Made by a program: the position numbers and the translations under genes
Shown here: positions 40,060-52,533 of the stretch, piece by piece
Layout: each line of letters begins with the position of its first letter
Numbering within the stretch: position 1 is the stretch's first letter
Assembly (NCBI GenBank): GCA_964187785.1
Contig: OZ076409.1
Location: 60,080,001 to 60,144,000 of the forward strand
Direction of reading: 5' to 3'
From: Amphiscolops sp. MND2022
Taxonomy: Eukaryota
DNA length: 64,000 nucleotides
The notes under the pieces: generated by a model
What the model was told of the DNA's origin: nothing
Databases searched by the model: none
The model's input: only the letters and a program-made list of their open reading frames with translations

Positions 40060-40880
40060 ATGTCTGATTTTCCTGAATTGTTCCCTATGGACTTCCTGGG
40101 TGCTGCTCTATCTGAAGGGGCTCCTGCAATAATTTATATCTCAAGTGATGAAGACGAGAGAATGGACTCCTTCGACGGAGACTCGGTGGATGACGTTAAC
40201 GTTTCATCTGAAGAAGAAATGTCAGACATCGAAATTATGGCGAGATGTGTAGAAAGACAAATGGCTGAACCCATTGCTATTCCTAACTCTGAAAAATCTG
40301 AGACTCAAGTTAGGTGCGGAACGCCCAGACCGGACTTACCGCCCTTCCCCGTCTTCACTCAGCACTTTTTCAACCTGGGCATGGGCAATGGGCCTATTGG
40401 GAGAGATGGCCGTGTAAGACCTAACCACCCTATCAATATCTGCAGGGACTTACGACCTAACGTAGATAGCCCAATGTCACCACCGCCAGAAGACAGAGGG
40501 CCGAATTGTGGACAAGAAACACCAAGCTGTTCCTACTCTACGGACCCTACCCCGGTCGAAAGCGTGGCTAACCACTTCAATGACATGACGGTGTCTGGGA
40601 ATGCTGGCTTACTGGGCTGCTCAGACTGTGTGGTCTGCGGGAAACCAGTCCAGCAAATACAAGACGAGACAGTCAACGACTACCTCAGCAAAACAGTTGT
40701 CCCAGGAGAAACACTGGCTGAGACTGAGAGAAGAAAGAGAGCTTTCTTGGACGGCATGGCAGCTGGAACATTTTATTAATGCCAGGGGGAGTGTCGCAGA
40801 CGGCCGCCTGCGATGGAAATTGGTATACGATTGCATATGGATACTGCAGGGCTTTACCCGGAACAATCCCATTAGATTGA
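40060..40880 (+). CDS. Accessory sense ORF (ORF3), unknown function; probably extends into U3 after a 1-nt deletion at ~40774
   Basis: 239-aa ORF 40060-40779 with an acidic N-terminus and CSDCVVC. Adding one T to the TTTT run continues it as FLLMPGGVSQTAACDGNWYTIAYGYCRALPGTIPLD* to 40880. Confidence 0.7.
40784..40791 (+). promoter_or_regulatory. Polypurine tract
   Basis: AGGGGGAG directly before the TG of the 3' LTR. Confidence 0.8.
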
Positions 40881-42491
40881 GAGGGCACAGTGATTTGAGC
40901 CAGGAAGTCCAAAGGAACTATTATCAGAACTTTTGTGATAAAAACTGTTTTGTATTATTGTATTATGTAATTCCATACATTTGATAATAATATTGCTCTT
41001 AGTTATGCGATAAAACATGCAATTATACTTAAATGTGCTTTAAATTGGACACCAAGGCGTACAGGTAGAGGAAACGAGTTCAAAGTGTTTCCTCTCCTGT
41101 CAGCGCAGACAAGCAGTCCAATTAAAATCAACCAATCACAGGACGCTATTCATTTATTTGCTGTGCTGTATTCATTCCCGTGCTGTATTCTAAATTAAGA
41201 GACTCAAAGGCCATATGCCGCCAAACTGACACAGTCTTTATACCAAACAAAGGCGCGTGGACACTGAGTCCAAAATTGAATATAAGCTGGTGCGAATACT
41301 AGAGATAGTAGTGTGCTATTTTAAAAACGATGCTACTTTAGAAACGCTTTCATTAAACCACATCTCTGAGATTACAAAAGGACTTCCAGTCCTTTCCCCC
41401 TCCATCTTTGCTTCCTTCCCAAAATATCTTGGGTAAAGAATTAGATGAGTAATTTATGCCATGGAAAGCTGTAAACAATGACCCATGAGTCTATGTACCA
41501 TTTTGTGTGTACCTATTACATGTAATTAACATGAAATGTTCTACATGTAGTGTTGCTGATGAAATACAATTGAATGGCCTGAAGGGCCACATGAACAATC
41601 ATGAAAGTAGCTGCTACGTTTATATGCGTGCATATACATATACGTGTGTAAATGAATTACGTCATGGCAGATACTATTTTTAGAAACATGTTATTACGTT
41701 TGTAAAGACACGTAGTCATACATGTCTATTTATAGAATGTTTGTTACTAAAATTAGACTGATGACTCTCAATATTATGTATGTCATGCAAGGTCAATTAT
41801 AAATAACCGGGACCCGTGGTCCCGGGGACATAATTTTCCTATGACAAGTCACAGTCAGTTCGTTGTTGAATAACCGAATAAAATACTGTTTGCAAGCTCA
41901 AAGATTCCAATTCAAATTCTTTACTCTTGCAACAATCTCTTATGCCTTCTACTAGACGCCAGAAAGCAAAGGCTAGAAAATCTAGAGAGGTGGACATGTT
42001 GTCCGATATAGAAAATATGGACGTGATGTTAGGAAATGGGGGTAGCAATCCCATAGAAAGAGAATTAACTGATGCTATTGAACAATCATCAGTACAGGGA
42101 GACGTAGAGTCGAATGAACACTTGGGAAATCAGTATACTAGCTTTGCTTATGAAAATAACCTTCCTAGGCAAGATGATATTAGACAATCCCTTGAGACCT
42201 TTTCAAATGAATTCAATCTCAGATTATCACAAGAAATGGATTCAATGATGTCCATGATGCATAGCCAAATAAATAGGGCTATCAGTAATGCTATCGCAGA
42301 AAGGGTTATTCCCGAAATCCAGAACATTGTGAGTTCTATGTCCTCTTCAGGAAACAGGGACACTGAGGCCAGTGTATCGCCAAATAGCCAGGAAAACAGG
42401 GAATGTTCATCCGGGTTTAAATCAAAATTTGCAAAGAAGGACTCACAGTCTGCATGTGATTTAAGAGACATTGCAGGTCGTAGTTATTACA
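40792..42491 (+). repeat. 3' LTR (1700 bp)
   Basis: Near-identical copy of 26601-28299, preceded by a purine tract and followed by the TSD CCCAC. Confidence 0.97.
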
Positions 42492-42499
42492 CCCACTGA
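41942..42499 (+). CDS. Intact LTR-encoded Gag N-terminal segment (185 aa) in the 3' LTR
   Basis: ATG 41942 (MPSTRRQKAKARKS...) stays open to the LTR end and stops 8 nt into the flank. It is the same sequence as the gag 5' part. Confidence 0.75.
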   Translation: MPSTRRQKAKARKSREVDMLSDIENMDVMLGNGGSNPIERELTDAIEQSSVQGDVESNEHLGNQYTSFAYENNLPRQDDIRQSLETFSNEFNLRLSQEMDSMMSMMHSQINRAISNAIAERVIPEIQNIVSSMSSSGNRDTEASVSPNSQENRECSSGFKSKFAKKDSQSACDLRDIAGRSYYTH

Positions 42500-42836
42500 T
42501 TCAAGTTCAATATTAAGCTCCAGTCCTTATAACAGTTTAGTTTGAACAATTGGTTCAGACCAATTCGCTTAGCACATGATTTTTTCACGTTGAATTACTT
42601 TATCAGTAATTCTTCGAATCTTGCAAAAAGTTGCCAAGAAAGGTATATCCGGGAATATTAATGCCACGAAATTAAATTTATGTCCTTGATTTCCATGAAA
42701 GAAACTGTTTGATCCTTTGAGCATAAAAATGAAGAATGGCAAAATTGATTGAAAATCGCGGCTGGGGGGATAATTTTCCGCTATCCCTTATTTGAAACGT
42801 TGGATAGTGAATACTGATTGTTTTTGTTCTTTTCAG

Positions 42837-43023
42837 GCGGCGTTCAAGTACAGCAATTTGTTTTACAACATCAATTTTTTCCTCATGCCCTCAGTGTATG
42901 CCAAACTGAACAAGCGGTTCACCAAGGAGTACACTGCTTTTATGCACAAGTTCATCCCCTTCTGCGACGACACCAACCCCGCCGCAAACAATGACGTCAC
43001 CGATATGCGACGTATCGACTCAG
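42837..43023 (+). CDS. Host exon encoding a class A GPCR-like TM7 and helix 8
   Basis: Acceptor tttttgttcttttcag at 42836 and donor CAG|GTACC at 43023. Translates AAFKYSNLFYNINFFLMPSVYAKLNKRFTKEYTAF..., resembling the rhodopsin-family YxNxxxNPxIYxxxNxxF pattern with MPSVY in place of NPxxY. Codons are C-rich at third positions. Confidence 0.65.
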
Positions 43024-43931
43024 GTACCTGTTTGAAACCTAGATCATGCAATACTCGTTCATTGCAAGATCTTGTGTATACTGATTGAGGCAACATGCAA
43101 TCCTTGCTATGAATGAGTGATCTTACAAAAATATGATATCCTTGCAATAATTTTACAAGAAAATTTATTATTGCAGGATCTTTCGAGCAAACATTTCCCT
43201 TCCGAGAAATTGCAAGAAACCTAATTCCATATAAGAATTTTGCGAGGAATACATTGCTTGCAAGGATCTTGCAAGAACCCATTATAGACAATGATCTTGC
43301 GAGCTTCTTCCATGCAATTCAAAACAATGCATTAACTTGCAAGATCTTGAAAGCTTTTTGGAAGAGCTTTGTATATAAAGCATATTTCTTCAACCAAGAC
43401 AAATAAACAAGTTTCAGGGAGTTGGCAAAATCAGAATGACACACCCAACAAATTTCAATCAATTTTGTGAATTTTTTTCTCACGCAATTGTGTGCAAAAT
43501 ACATCTGGCTCCACTATGAAAACACGAACAAAACACTTCTATTTGACACGTCAATGGTCTAAACAAAACAGACAAAGTTTTCAAGAATTGAAGTTGTTGG
43601 TCTTGTTTGATCTGTGTGATAAAGTCTCTATCAAAAAATCAATCATAATTAGTAACAATTAGGAAAGTAAAATTCAATAAAAGAAAGACAGTGACATTTT
43701 GAACGAAAAAAAAAAGAAATTTAGGCGACAATAAATTCAAAACAAAAAAGTCTAAAACCAAAGTTTGAATTCCAGGTACTTCAATCCAATTTTCAAACTT
43801 ACTTTTTCAGGAGCCTTGTTTCAGTTATGCAATTTCTGTCAGGCAAAAATGCATGCACGTCAGAAGTCAACTTTTCCTCAGAAACTTTGAGCAAAGAAAT
43901 CAATATAGTTATATTTTATCAATACTGTATA

Positions 43932-46900
43932 TGTAGTATTTTGAAAAGGTTACTAGGTAAAAACGAATTAGTAGTAGGAGATTTCTTTATGGCTCAATAT
44001 GAAAGATGTTCACGACTTTTTCTATCTACACTCTAGCAAAACATGTATAAAATGGTATCACGATTTAGTACAAACAAAAAGGGTTGTTAACAAATACAAC
44101 AAAACAAAAGAAGTCATTTGATAATTGCTAGTCTAAAGTCGTCATTGTTTTTGATTGGCACTTTTTTCCGAATAATTCGGTTCGGTATTTTACACCGTAT
44201 AACCGGTTATCAGTTCTCCATCCGCGTGGAGATTTAGCTCGTCTTCCGGTGATGTTGTAAATGGCCGGTATCCGTCTCTTTCGGAAGTGTCATTGTTTTC
44301 GAAGTCGCTCTCTTCGTCTTCTACCTCTCCTTCTTAGCTCTCAGTGTCGGTTTGGGCTTTTTTATTTTGCACTCTTTGAGTTTTCCGTTTAATACATCCC
44401 TCAGGATTTCATTCCATTGGATGTATTTGCCGTCGACTCCTCTCAGGCAGTGTCTGTTTTTCGGGGTGATGGTGTCTCCGATCTTCGGTGCACGTTCTGT
44501 TTTCTTTTCTTTCGAACTTTTCTTTTTCGGTGATTTTTCTGTCATTGCTTTCTCTTCTGTGTTTGTCTGGGCAACGACAAGATGGTTTGATACTTCTCCG
44601 TCACTGTTGCGTGATATAATATTGGTATCTTCGGTCTACTTTCGGCTGGAACGGATCATTTCAACCATTTAGACAGGAATGATTTACCGCCTTGTATTAA
44701 ATTTGTACGTTCGGTTCTCCGTTTTCGGCTGTGATGTAATTCAAATGGTGTTTTTTCAATCCCGTGTGTATTTTAAGTAGCATTACGTTAAATGCTCTAA
44801 TTACGCAATCGGTGAAACACAGACTGTCTTCCAGATTGGCTAATATTAGGTTCTTCGTCGTCTGTATAGCACCTTCTCCCGCGCCGGTGCCGGTATGTAG
44901 TCTCAGTGTACTATATTCGATTTCAATACTTCAGGATTTGCAAAATTCTTTATATTCTTTCGACTTAAACGCTCTGCCTTCGTCAAGTTCAATTTTTTCG
45001 AGAAGTCCGTATAAATTGAAATTTTGGTTTAAGAAGCTCAATTCTTCTTTTGTTTCCGACGACTTGCAAATTTTTGCGGTTGGCCATTTACCGAACCTAT
45101 ATACGGCTATTAATAGTTGTTATTCGCCGTTTAATTTTTTGTTGTTCAATTTCCCGGAGAAATCATTTTTTCTATTTTCCCGGTTCGGTTAATGTTTGTA
45201 GTTCTCTTGTTTCATTTTTTGGTGTTTGATAGATTAAATTCTTACCCGATGCCATGCAATCTACACAGAATTTTTTTCGGTCTTCGTTATCTATGGAGAT
45301 GCTTGGCCACCAATATACCCGGGCTTCGGTTAGCATTTTAGTTGTTTCGGCGTGGCCGAAGTAGTGTTTCCATTAGGTTCTTTCTCAGTTCTGCTGAGAC
45401 AAAAATTTTCTCGTCGTTAAATGTTTGTCCCCATGTGTTGCATAACTTCTCAAATGTCGGTAGATATTGCTCTAGTGCCGTGTTCTTCTGTCCTCGTCTC
45501 ATGGCATCTCTGAACTGGTTGAGCTCGGCGTCGGTGGCGGACGCAGCAATGAGCGTCTTTAGGTCAAGCATGAAGTTGAATTCTGCTTTTTTTCACTTCT
45601 TCGGCGGCAGTTTTGTCTCCGGTCTTCTTGTCGATGATTTGGTTGATTTGGATAAAATGTGCTTCCTTTCCGTCAGCGTTGTAGGCCTTCAATTCTACGA
45701 TCGGGAAGTTGTCTCCTACGGTCTTCTGTCTTTTGCCTTCACTCTCCAGTTCATTCTGTTCGACCTCTTCCCGTGGCTGATTTTCTTCTTTTCTGTCTTT
45801 GAGTGGCTGGTATCCTCCGTCGAATCTATTTGCTCGGTTGAGCAATTCTCCGTCTATTTCCGCTAATTCTTCGCGGCTCTTTTTATTGGGTCTTGGCGGA
45901 ACTCAAACTTGGCGTTGACCATTCAGGTCAAACTTCCTTCTCATCGTTCCGGGGCGTGATACTAGCCTCCGATCCACTAGTCTCCGGGCTTTTTTTCCTC
46001 TAATTATCTCCATGATTTCTGCGGTATCTCCCCAGTGAAAGTAATCTTGATCCATGTTTCTCTTTGGAGAAAATTAATTTGGTGAAATTTGATTTGAATT
46101 TTTGTCGGTTGAAATAAAAGTTTCGAACTTTTCTCGGTAAGTGATGCAAATTTCGCTGTTATGTGCTGTTTCTTAACGTTTCAGTCTTCGTCGAACGTTC
46201 TAATGCGTTTTGGTTGGTTGTGAGATTTTATTTCGCTCGTTTTACGTATTTCGGTAGTGCTTTGTGATTCGTCCGCGAGAAGTGAGCCGTATTAGATGTT
46301 TATTTCGGCTTGCTCGGAAAGAACATTTATCACGTATTTTTCATCCTACGCGTTTTCGGTCGTTACTTCTTCTACCGCATTTCTACTTAGAAAGTCGGTA
46401 AACTCTAAATTACTTCCTGCAATGTGTTGGAGGGCATTATCAAAGTGAGCTAATCGATCTAGCCATCTTGTTAGCTTTGCGCTGTATTGTTTATTACACC
46501 AGTTTCTTTTAATCAACGGTTCATTTGCTTGATGGGTCTGTATAACGAAAGACTTTCTTCCCGTATAAATAAAATCAAATTTTTGTAAGCCCGATACCAC
46601 GGCTAATAGTTCCTACTCTCCAATCGAAGAGTTTTTCACTTTCGTTTAAGTATCTGCCACCGAATGCTATCGGTTTAATTTCTCCGTACGATTGTTTTTG
46701 ACACAATGTTATTCCAAGACTTGCGTCGGTCGTCACTATGTTTTCCCGGTCTTTCGCATAGTGAGCCAGACAGGGTTCGTCGGTTAATAACTTCTTAATG
46801 CTCTTGAAATCATCTTCTTGTTCATTTCCCCAATCCATTGGGATCTTTTTTAATAGTCCTCGCAGTCTTTCGGTCCTTTCCTGTAGTGTCAGTAAAACTT

Positions 46901-49376
46901 TTGCAAGATATTGGATTGCTCTCAGTAAGGATTTTAATTGTTTTTCATTCTCCGGGTGTTTCAGATCAATAATTGCCTCCACTTTTTCTTTGTTCGGTTT
47001 ATTACCGTTTCCATCGTTTCATCGTTTTCATGTTCGGCCATTTGTTTTGTTTAGGAAAAGATTGGATTACTTTTCACTTGCTAGGTATCCAGCATCTTCT
47101 AGTTTGTTCAAAACAATGAATATTTTCTTTTCGTGATCTTCCTGGCTTCCTCCGGTTTCGAAAATTATGTCGTCTTACCGGGCAGGTGTTGAATATTCTA
47201 ATGTTCGGTCAATTGTTTCTTGAAAGATAGTCAGGATGTCGGCCAATCCGTAAAAGCCTTTCTTGAATATTTAAAATCCGGTAAAGTTTCCTTCGGTTTT
47301 TGAGATTACACATTGTCGGCTGGCTTATTTTGACAAATTCATCTGGCCGTATGTGTAGTCTAAATCTATTTTCGAGATCATTAGATTCTTTGTCCGGTCT
47401 CTAGTGATTTCTACAGAAATTTGGTTCAAAAACTCCTCCAAGTTTTGCATGTGTTGTCTGATTTCGTACAACTGTCGTTTAATGTTCTCCAATCTAATGC
47501 GATCTTTTTTGAATTGTCATTTTTTTACCGTGATAACCATCGGGTATACGAAACAATCTTCGTCCACGTGTTTCTCTTTCTCCAAGTGTCGCGTTTTTAT
47601 TTAATTTTTCCACTTCTTTACCGACTTCTTTTTGGAGATGTAGTGGTATCGGTCTCGCTTTTTGTTTTACCGGATAATGTACCGTTTGAGTTGCATATTT
47701 ATTTCGGTATCTTTTATTGTAGTGTTGTTCTTGAATAGATCCGGAAATTGTTCGATCACTTGTTTCTTTTCTGATTGGTTATTTTCGTCCAATCGGAAGT
47801 TTCTGATCGTCAAGTTGAATTTCTTTAACCAAACCATTCTGAGTAGCAATGTTATGTCATTTCTTTCGGTAATCAGTACTTGAATCTTCTGTTTGTTGTT
47901 CTCGTATTCAAAATCTACCGGTATTTGTCCGCGGAATTTCACTTCATTTTTGTTAACATCTTGATACCGATGTTTTACATTTTGGATTTCGGTTTCCTTC
48001 AGGATGTTGTCGTCTGCCGGCTTTTTTGAAATTGGTGATCCGGTATCAAACATAAATTCTTTTTCGGTTCCGTTTATTCTCACTCATGTCGTCAAGTATT
48101 TGTTTTGGTCGGTAGTTCTATTTATCTTCTCAATCCGGTGTATGCTTGATTCTGATTGGTCAGATTTGTTTCCAATCATTGTTGCTTCTTCTTCGGTAAC
48201 ATTGCGTATTCTCGTTTGTTATTCTCCTTTTGTCTGCATGCTCGTGCAAAGTGTCCTTTTCTTCCAAAGTTATTGCATAATTTGTCTATTGCCGTGCAAT
48301 TGTTTGAAGGGTTCCAGTTTGGTGCGTTGCAGATATTGCACGGTTTTTTATTTGTTGTTCTCTTTTTCGGTCTAGTACCGAATTTTTCTATTTTCGTATT
48401 GCTCCTTCTTTTGTTTTTCCCGGTTTGTGATGAGGGCTGCTGGTATGTTTTTTTGGTTTTTTCTTTCGTAGGTGTTCTGTTTGACCATTTCGATTGTTTT
48501 TTTCAAATGCAGTTTCATTTCTTTCATTAATTCGTCTCAGATTTTTGTGTCTGTGATTGCGGTATAGAATTTTGAGATGAGTAAATCTTCGGCTGTTATT
48601 CCTTCGAAAGCGCACTTTTTTTCGATTTCTATCAGTCTTCGCTAGAAATCTTCCGGTCGGTGTCTGGGCTTCTGACTGTCTGATCCAGACGAATTCTGCG
48701 CGGTTGTGATAAATGTTTCGTTTCGGTAAGAAGTTATTCGTTGAACAATATAATCAAATCTTTGATCTTTATTTTGTCCGGTTCTGTTTTGTACTCTGCC
48801 CGCGTCATTTGGTATGAGGCTTCGGGTCCAATACCCCATTTGAAATCTTTTTGTATTTCTCATTTTCTTTTTCGACCCAACCGTTTTGTGTTATGTCAGC
48901 TCCTCGTATCAATTCGGCAAAATTTATCTTGTATTTTCTCTTTGATTTTTGTCTGAATCTCTCGAGCCACTGTTTTGGTGTATAAATTCTTTTCCCGTCT
49001 GATGTGGCCTCGAGGTTCGGTACTTCAATTTAACTTGTTTCTTGGGTCATCTTTTTTGTTGCGGTAAAATTAAATGTTTGTTAGTAATGCTGACTGCGCT
49101 ATGTAATATTTTGTAAAGGTTACTAAGTAAAAACGAATTAGTAGTAAGAGATTTCTTTATGGATCAATATCAATGGTGCTCACGACTTTTTCTATATATA
49201 CTCTAGCAAAACATATGTATCAAATGGTATCACGATTTAGTACAAACAAAAAAGGTTGTTTACAAATACAACAAAACATAAAAGAGTCATTTGATAATTG
49301 CTAGTCTAACGTGATCACTGTTTTTGATTGGCACTTTTTCCGAATAATTCGGTTCGGTATTTTACATCGTATAACA
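43932..49376 (-). mobile_element. Decayed Ty3/Gypsy LTR retrotransposon (possibly Mag-like)
   Basis: ~273-bp LTRs at 43932-44204 and 49102-49376, roughly 90% identical by eye. TSD GTATA at 43927-43931 and 49377-49381. Degenerate PBS TAGCGCAGTCAG on the minus strand at 49101. Fragments: protease FMFDTGSPI (47667-48083), RT/RNase H IVTTDAS and LTRWLDRLAHFD...DFLSR (46346-46982), integrase remnants ~44750-45400. Many stops and frameshifts. Confidence 0.9.
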
Positions 49377-49509
49377 GTATACTGCGCTACATTTTCTACA
49401 AACGCTTTGCTATATTTTCAAAAAAACATGAAAAAAAAACAAACTTTTAAAGACACGGAAGTGTACAAACTAGGCCGAAAGGCGGATTAAGGCGCTGCCT
49501 GAATTTTAC

Positions 49510-49641
49510 CTTCTTTTCAATTTTCAAATCATTGACATAGTCGTTCTTTGATTCAGCTAACGCAAACTCGACCTTCAACACCAATCTCGCAACTAAAGTG
49601 TGCAAAAGACAGTCTACAGTGGAATGTGCCACCTCTGCGTG
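49510..49641 (-). CDS. Candidate host exon, unknown protein
   Basis: Acceptor tttgttttcag and donor AAG|GTAAAA bound 132 nt open as HAEVAHSTVDCLLHTLVARLVLKVEFALAESKNDYVNDLKIEKK. Confidence 0.4.
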
Positions 49642-51884
49642 CTGAAAACAAAAAGAGAATCAAGGCTCTAATAGTCAGGCCACGTCACTTCTTTCTACGT
49701 GGAGACCGGAAGCATATGTTATCAAAAATTGCAAAATCTCAAGATTTCGGATTTCCAGATGGTTCGCTGATCATCATTTAAAAGCTTAAAACAAATCTAT
49801 TTAGCTGAAATTACGACAATTACATCTCCAAAATCACAGTATTTTTAAAATCTTCGGGTATTTTTCAGAGAATTTTTTTCTTGATTCCTGATTGATGCAA
49901 AAAAGCAGTTTCTTTTTTTAAAAATTCAATTGTTCTGAGAATGGTTTTGTCAATTTTAAATGAGAAAACAGCATGAATAAAAAATATACGAGCCCGGGGA
50001 TATCAAAAAATGAGCAAACTAAAGAATTCCATTTGACAAAAATGAACCAAGTATCTATACTTCTGTTGAATTTTTTTCGTTGCTGCTGCTATTTCATTGA
50101 AATCATCATCAATATTTGGATGCTGAAAACCTGCTTACTCTCAATCAATATCTCCATTGCCTTGCCAATGGCTACTTAATTCTTCGAAACACTCACTTTC
50201 TCCGTTCAGCAAATTCTCAAAAAACCCTGAAAGTTTTCAATTTTTCAAAATTATATATATCACGCATTTCAACAAACAACGTGCACAAGACGAAAAACTG
50301 ATATAAATATGTTGGGGAAAAACATTTCCGGACTGTTATTGCGGAAAATTTTATCGTGAGTGTTTCATTGTTGCAAAAACAGGGTCCTATTTTTTATAAA
50401 TTAGGTGTTTAAATAGACTGTCATTCGAAGAAACTCAGTACACTATGGCGATATAGTCAGATGTTCCCATGTTCAGTTGTATCTTTTATATATTGTTAAT
50501 GTTCGTTTCAACTGGAATTTTTCATCGGGATAGGAGATACTTATTGCATTGCCTGACGAAAAAGAAAACTTATTTCCAATTTAAGCCTTTGGACATCCCA
50601 AAAGTAATTACATGTGAATAGTTATGACTACATATACAATATAATAAACATCTGCAGACTTCATTTGGAGGACAGGATCAGCAATTAGTTGTGCCAATTC
50701 GTAAAGAAAGGAAAAACTGGCGAAAACAATTTCTTTTCAATTATGGAAATTATTCTGCTGTAGTTGAAAGAATATTTGCTTACAACGACCCCAATTTCGT
50801 TAGGAAAAAATCCCGAAATGCTACCCATCAAGAAGAAATAGCTCGCTTAGCAACTGGGATCTGGAGATTCGAAAATCGAATACGATAAATATGTCCATCC
50901 CGATGAATATACGCATGTGCATGTTCTAAAATAGTTTCTCATTGATAATGACAGCAACAATTTTCTTTTCCTCAAACCAGTTAAACGCAAAATGCTATTC
51001 CCGTTGGGAATATTGGTCTATGGTAATGTAAATTGTAAATGCAAGCTTCGATTCACTTCAAAAAATTCTCAATTACGGTGGAAAAGAAAAATTCAAAAAG
51101 CTTAAAAAACCAATAAAAATTAGATAACTAGTGCTAGAAACTTTCCAAACCTGCTAATGTTTAACCTCGAAATGAATTTATTGCTTCAAAGTTTTTTAAA
51201 TTGCTATTTGTCATCGAGTGTCATACTTTTCTATTAAATGTGCTTTAATATTCTCAGATATTTTAATGGGTTTGATTTAATTGTGTAGTTTGAAAACTAT
51301 GATGTTGAATGGTTTTGTGTCTCGAATGATTTAGATCATTTGAAGCTGGAACTTGGATAAGTTAATGTTTTTGATTTGTTTCTTATAAAAAATATATTTC
51401 AAAATTTTGAATTGATCCCCGCATGCAATTGTAAAAATTATATGCTGCTGTTCAATAGATTTTTCCCCATTTTCATTTTCTACAGAGTTTCCAGGTATTA
51501 ATTAGACTTGCTGCACGCAGAAAAAAACTGCTATAGTTCAAATTTTGAATGCTTGACTCTGAAATTCATGAAACTCAAATAACGAAGCTGAGAAAGTGGG
51601 GTGTCAGTTGATGTAACGTAATTAAATTGTAATTATTTGAAAAAAGAAAATTGTTATATGAACCTGAAAGTTCTAATTAGGTAGTACTACTTGTCGAAAA
51701 TGGTAACTGCAAACACCGAAAAATGCGTTACGTGAATTTAATGAATCTTTTTAAACTATATGTTTTCGCAGAAAAAAAATCATCAAAATCAAAAAAATCA
51801 ACCATAAATTTTTAAAAAATCGGATTTGATTGATTTTAAAAAAAATCGGATTTTAATCCATTCCTGGAGATGATCGCCTGGATA

Positions 51885-52533
51885 CCCTAGTCGAAACGTC
51901 AAACATTTTACGCAATAATCTTTCATGTCTCCAGAAACTTAGACGAAACGTAATTGTTTTGTAAGTCAAAATTTACTCACAACATCAAACAAATTTTCCG
52001 AGCCAAAAGGTTTATGGACAAACTTCGACCATCTTACAAATTCAGACCAAAATTCAGATCTTACGCAATCAGACAAACCTCTCTAGTCCTCAGGTAAAAT
52101 AATGCCTTGAACTCCAAGACTTTGGACAAGGAATCTGCCAGCTGATTGCATGTTATGACGGAATTTAAAGGCGTAGACTTGAGAAGGCTCTAAACAAGAC
52201 TTCAAAAATCTGTATGTTGTTTACTCTGTAAACGTTTATTGACTACAATTCAACTGATTTGAAGCACAGCCCCCTAGAACATTTGGAATTCTCGAGAGAT
52301 CCGAGCGCTGACGTTCGGGAAAGAAAAAAATTCAGGGACTTTTTTCAAAAATTTTGTAAGTTGCAGCGACTTTTTTTCAACGCGCAGTGAACTGCTGCCA
52401 GGATTTTCCAAGCTGCAGAATAATTTAACAAGTTTTTTCCTTGCGCGCACTCTGAATTTTCTTTGTTTTAGAAAAAAATTACCCTGCGTGCATGCCTGCA
52501 ACATGTAAAAAGTCCCGGCAGTTTCGACTAGGG
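51885..52533. mobile_element. Non-autonomous CACTA/CMC-like element
   Basis: TIRs CCCTAGTCGAAAC / GTTTCGACTAGGG; flanks TA and TC give an imperfect TSD. A related end occurs at ~5490-5540. Confidence 0.6.

Larger units (their letters stand above)
26601..42491 (+). mobile_element. Full-length Ty3/Gypsy LTR retrotransposon (15.9 kb) with accessory genes
   Basis: Direct repeats 26601-28299 and 40792-42491, both TGT...ACA. 5-bp TSD CCCAC at 26596-26600 and 42492-42496. PBS at 28300, PPT at 40784-40791. Domain order gag, protease, RT, RNase H, integrase. Confidence 0.97.

Noticed and set aside
34767..40880. env gene
   Set aside because: No signal peptide, furin site with fusion peptide, or C-terminal transmembrane anchor is evident in the extra ORFs.
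49093..49389. 9-bp ACTGCGCTA shared by the PBS and the flank of the second Gypsy element
   Set aside because: The match is short, the GTATA TSD already explains the boundaries, and it is probably chance.
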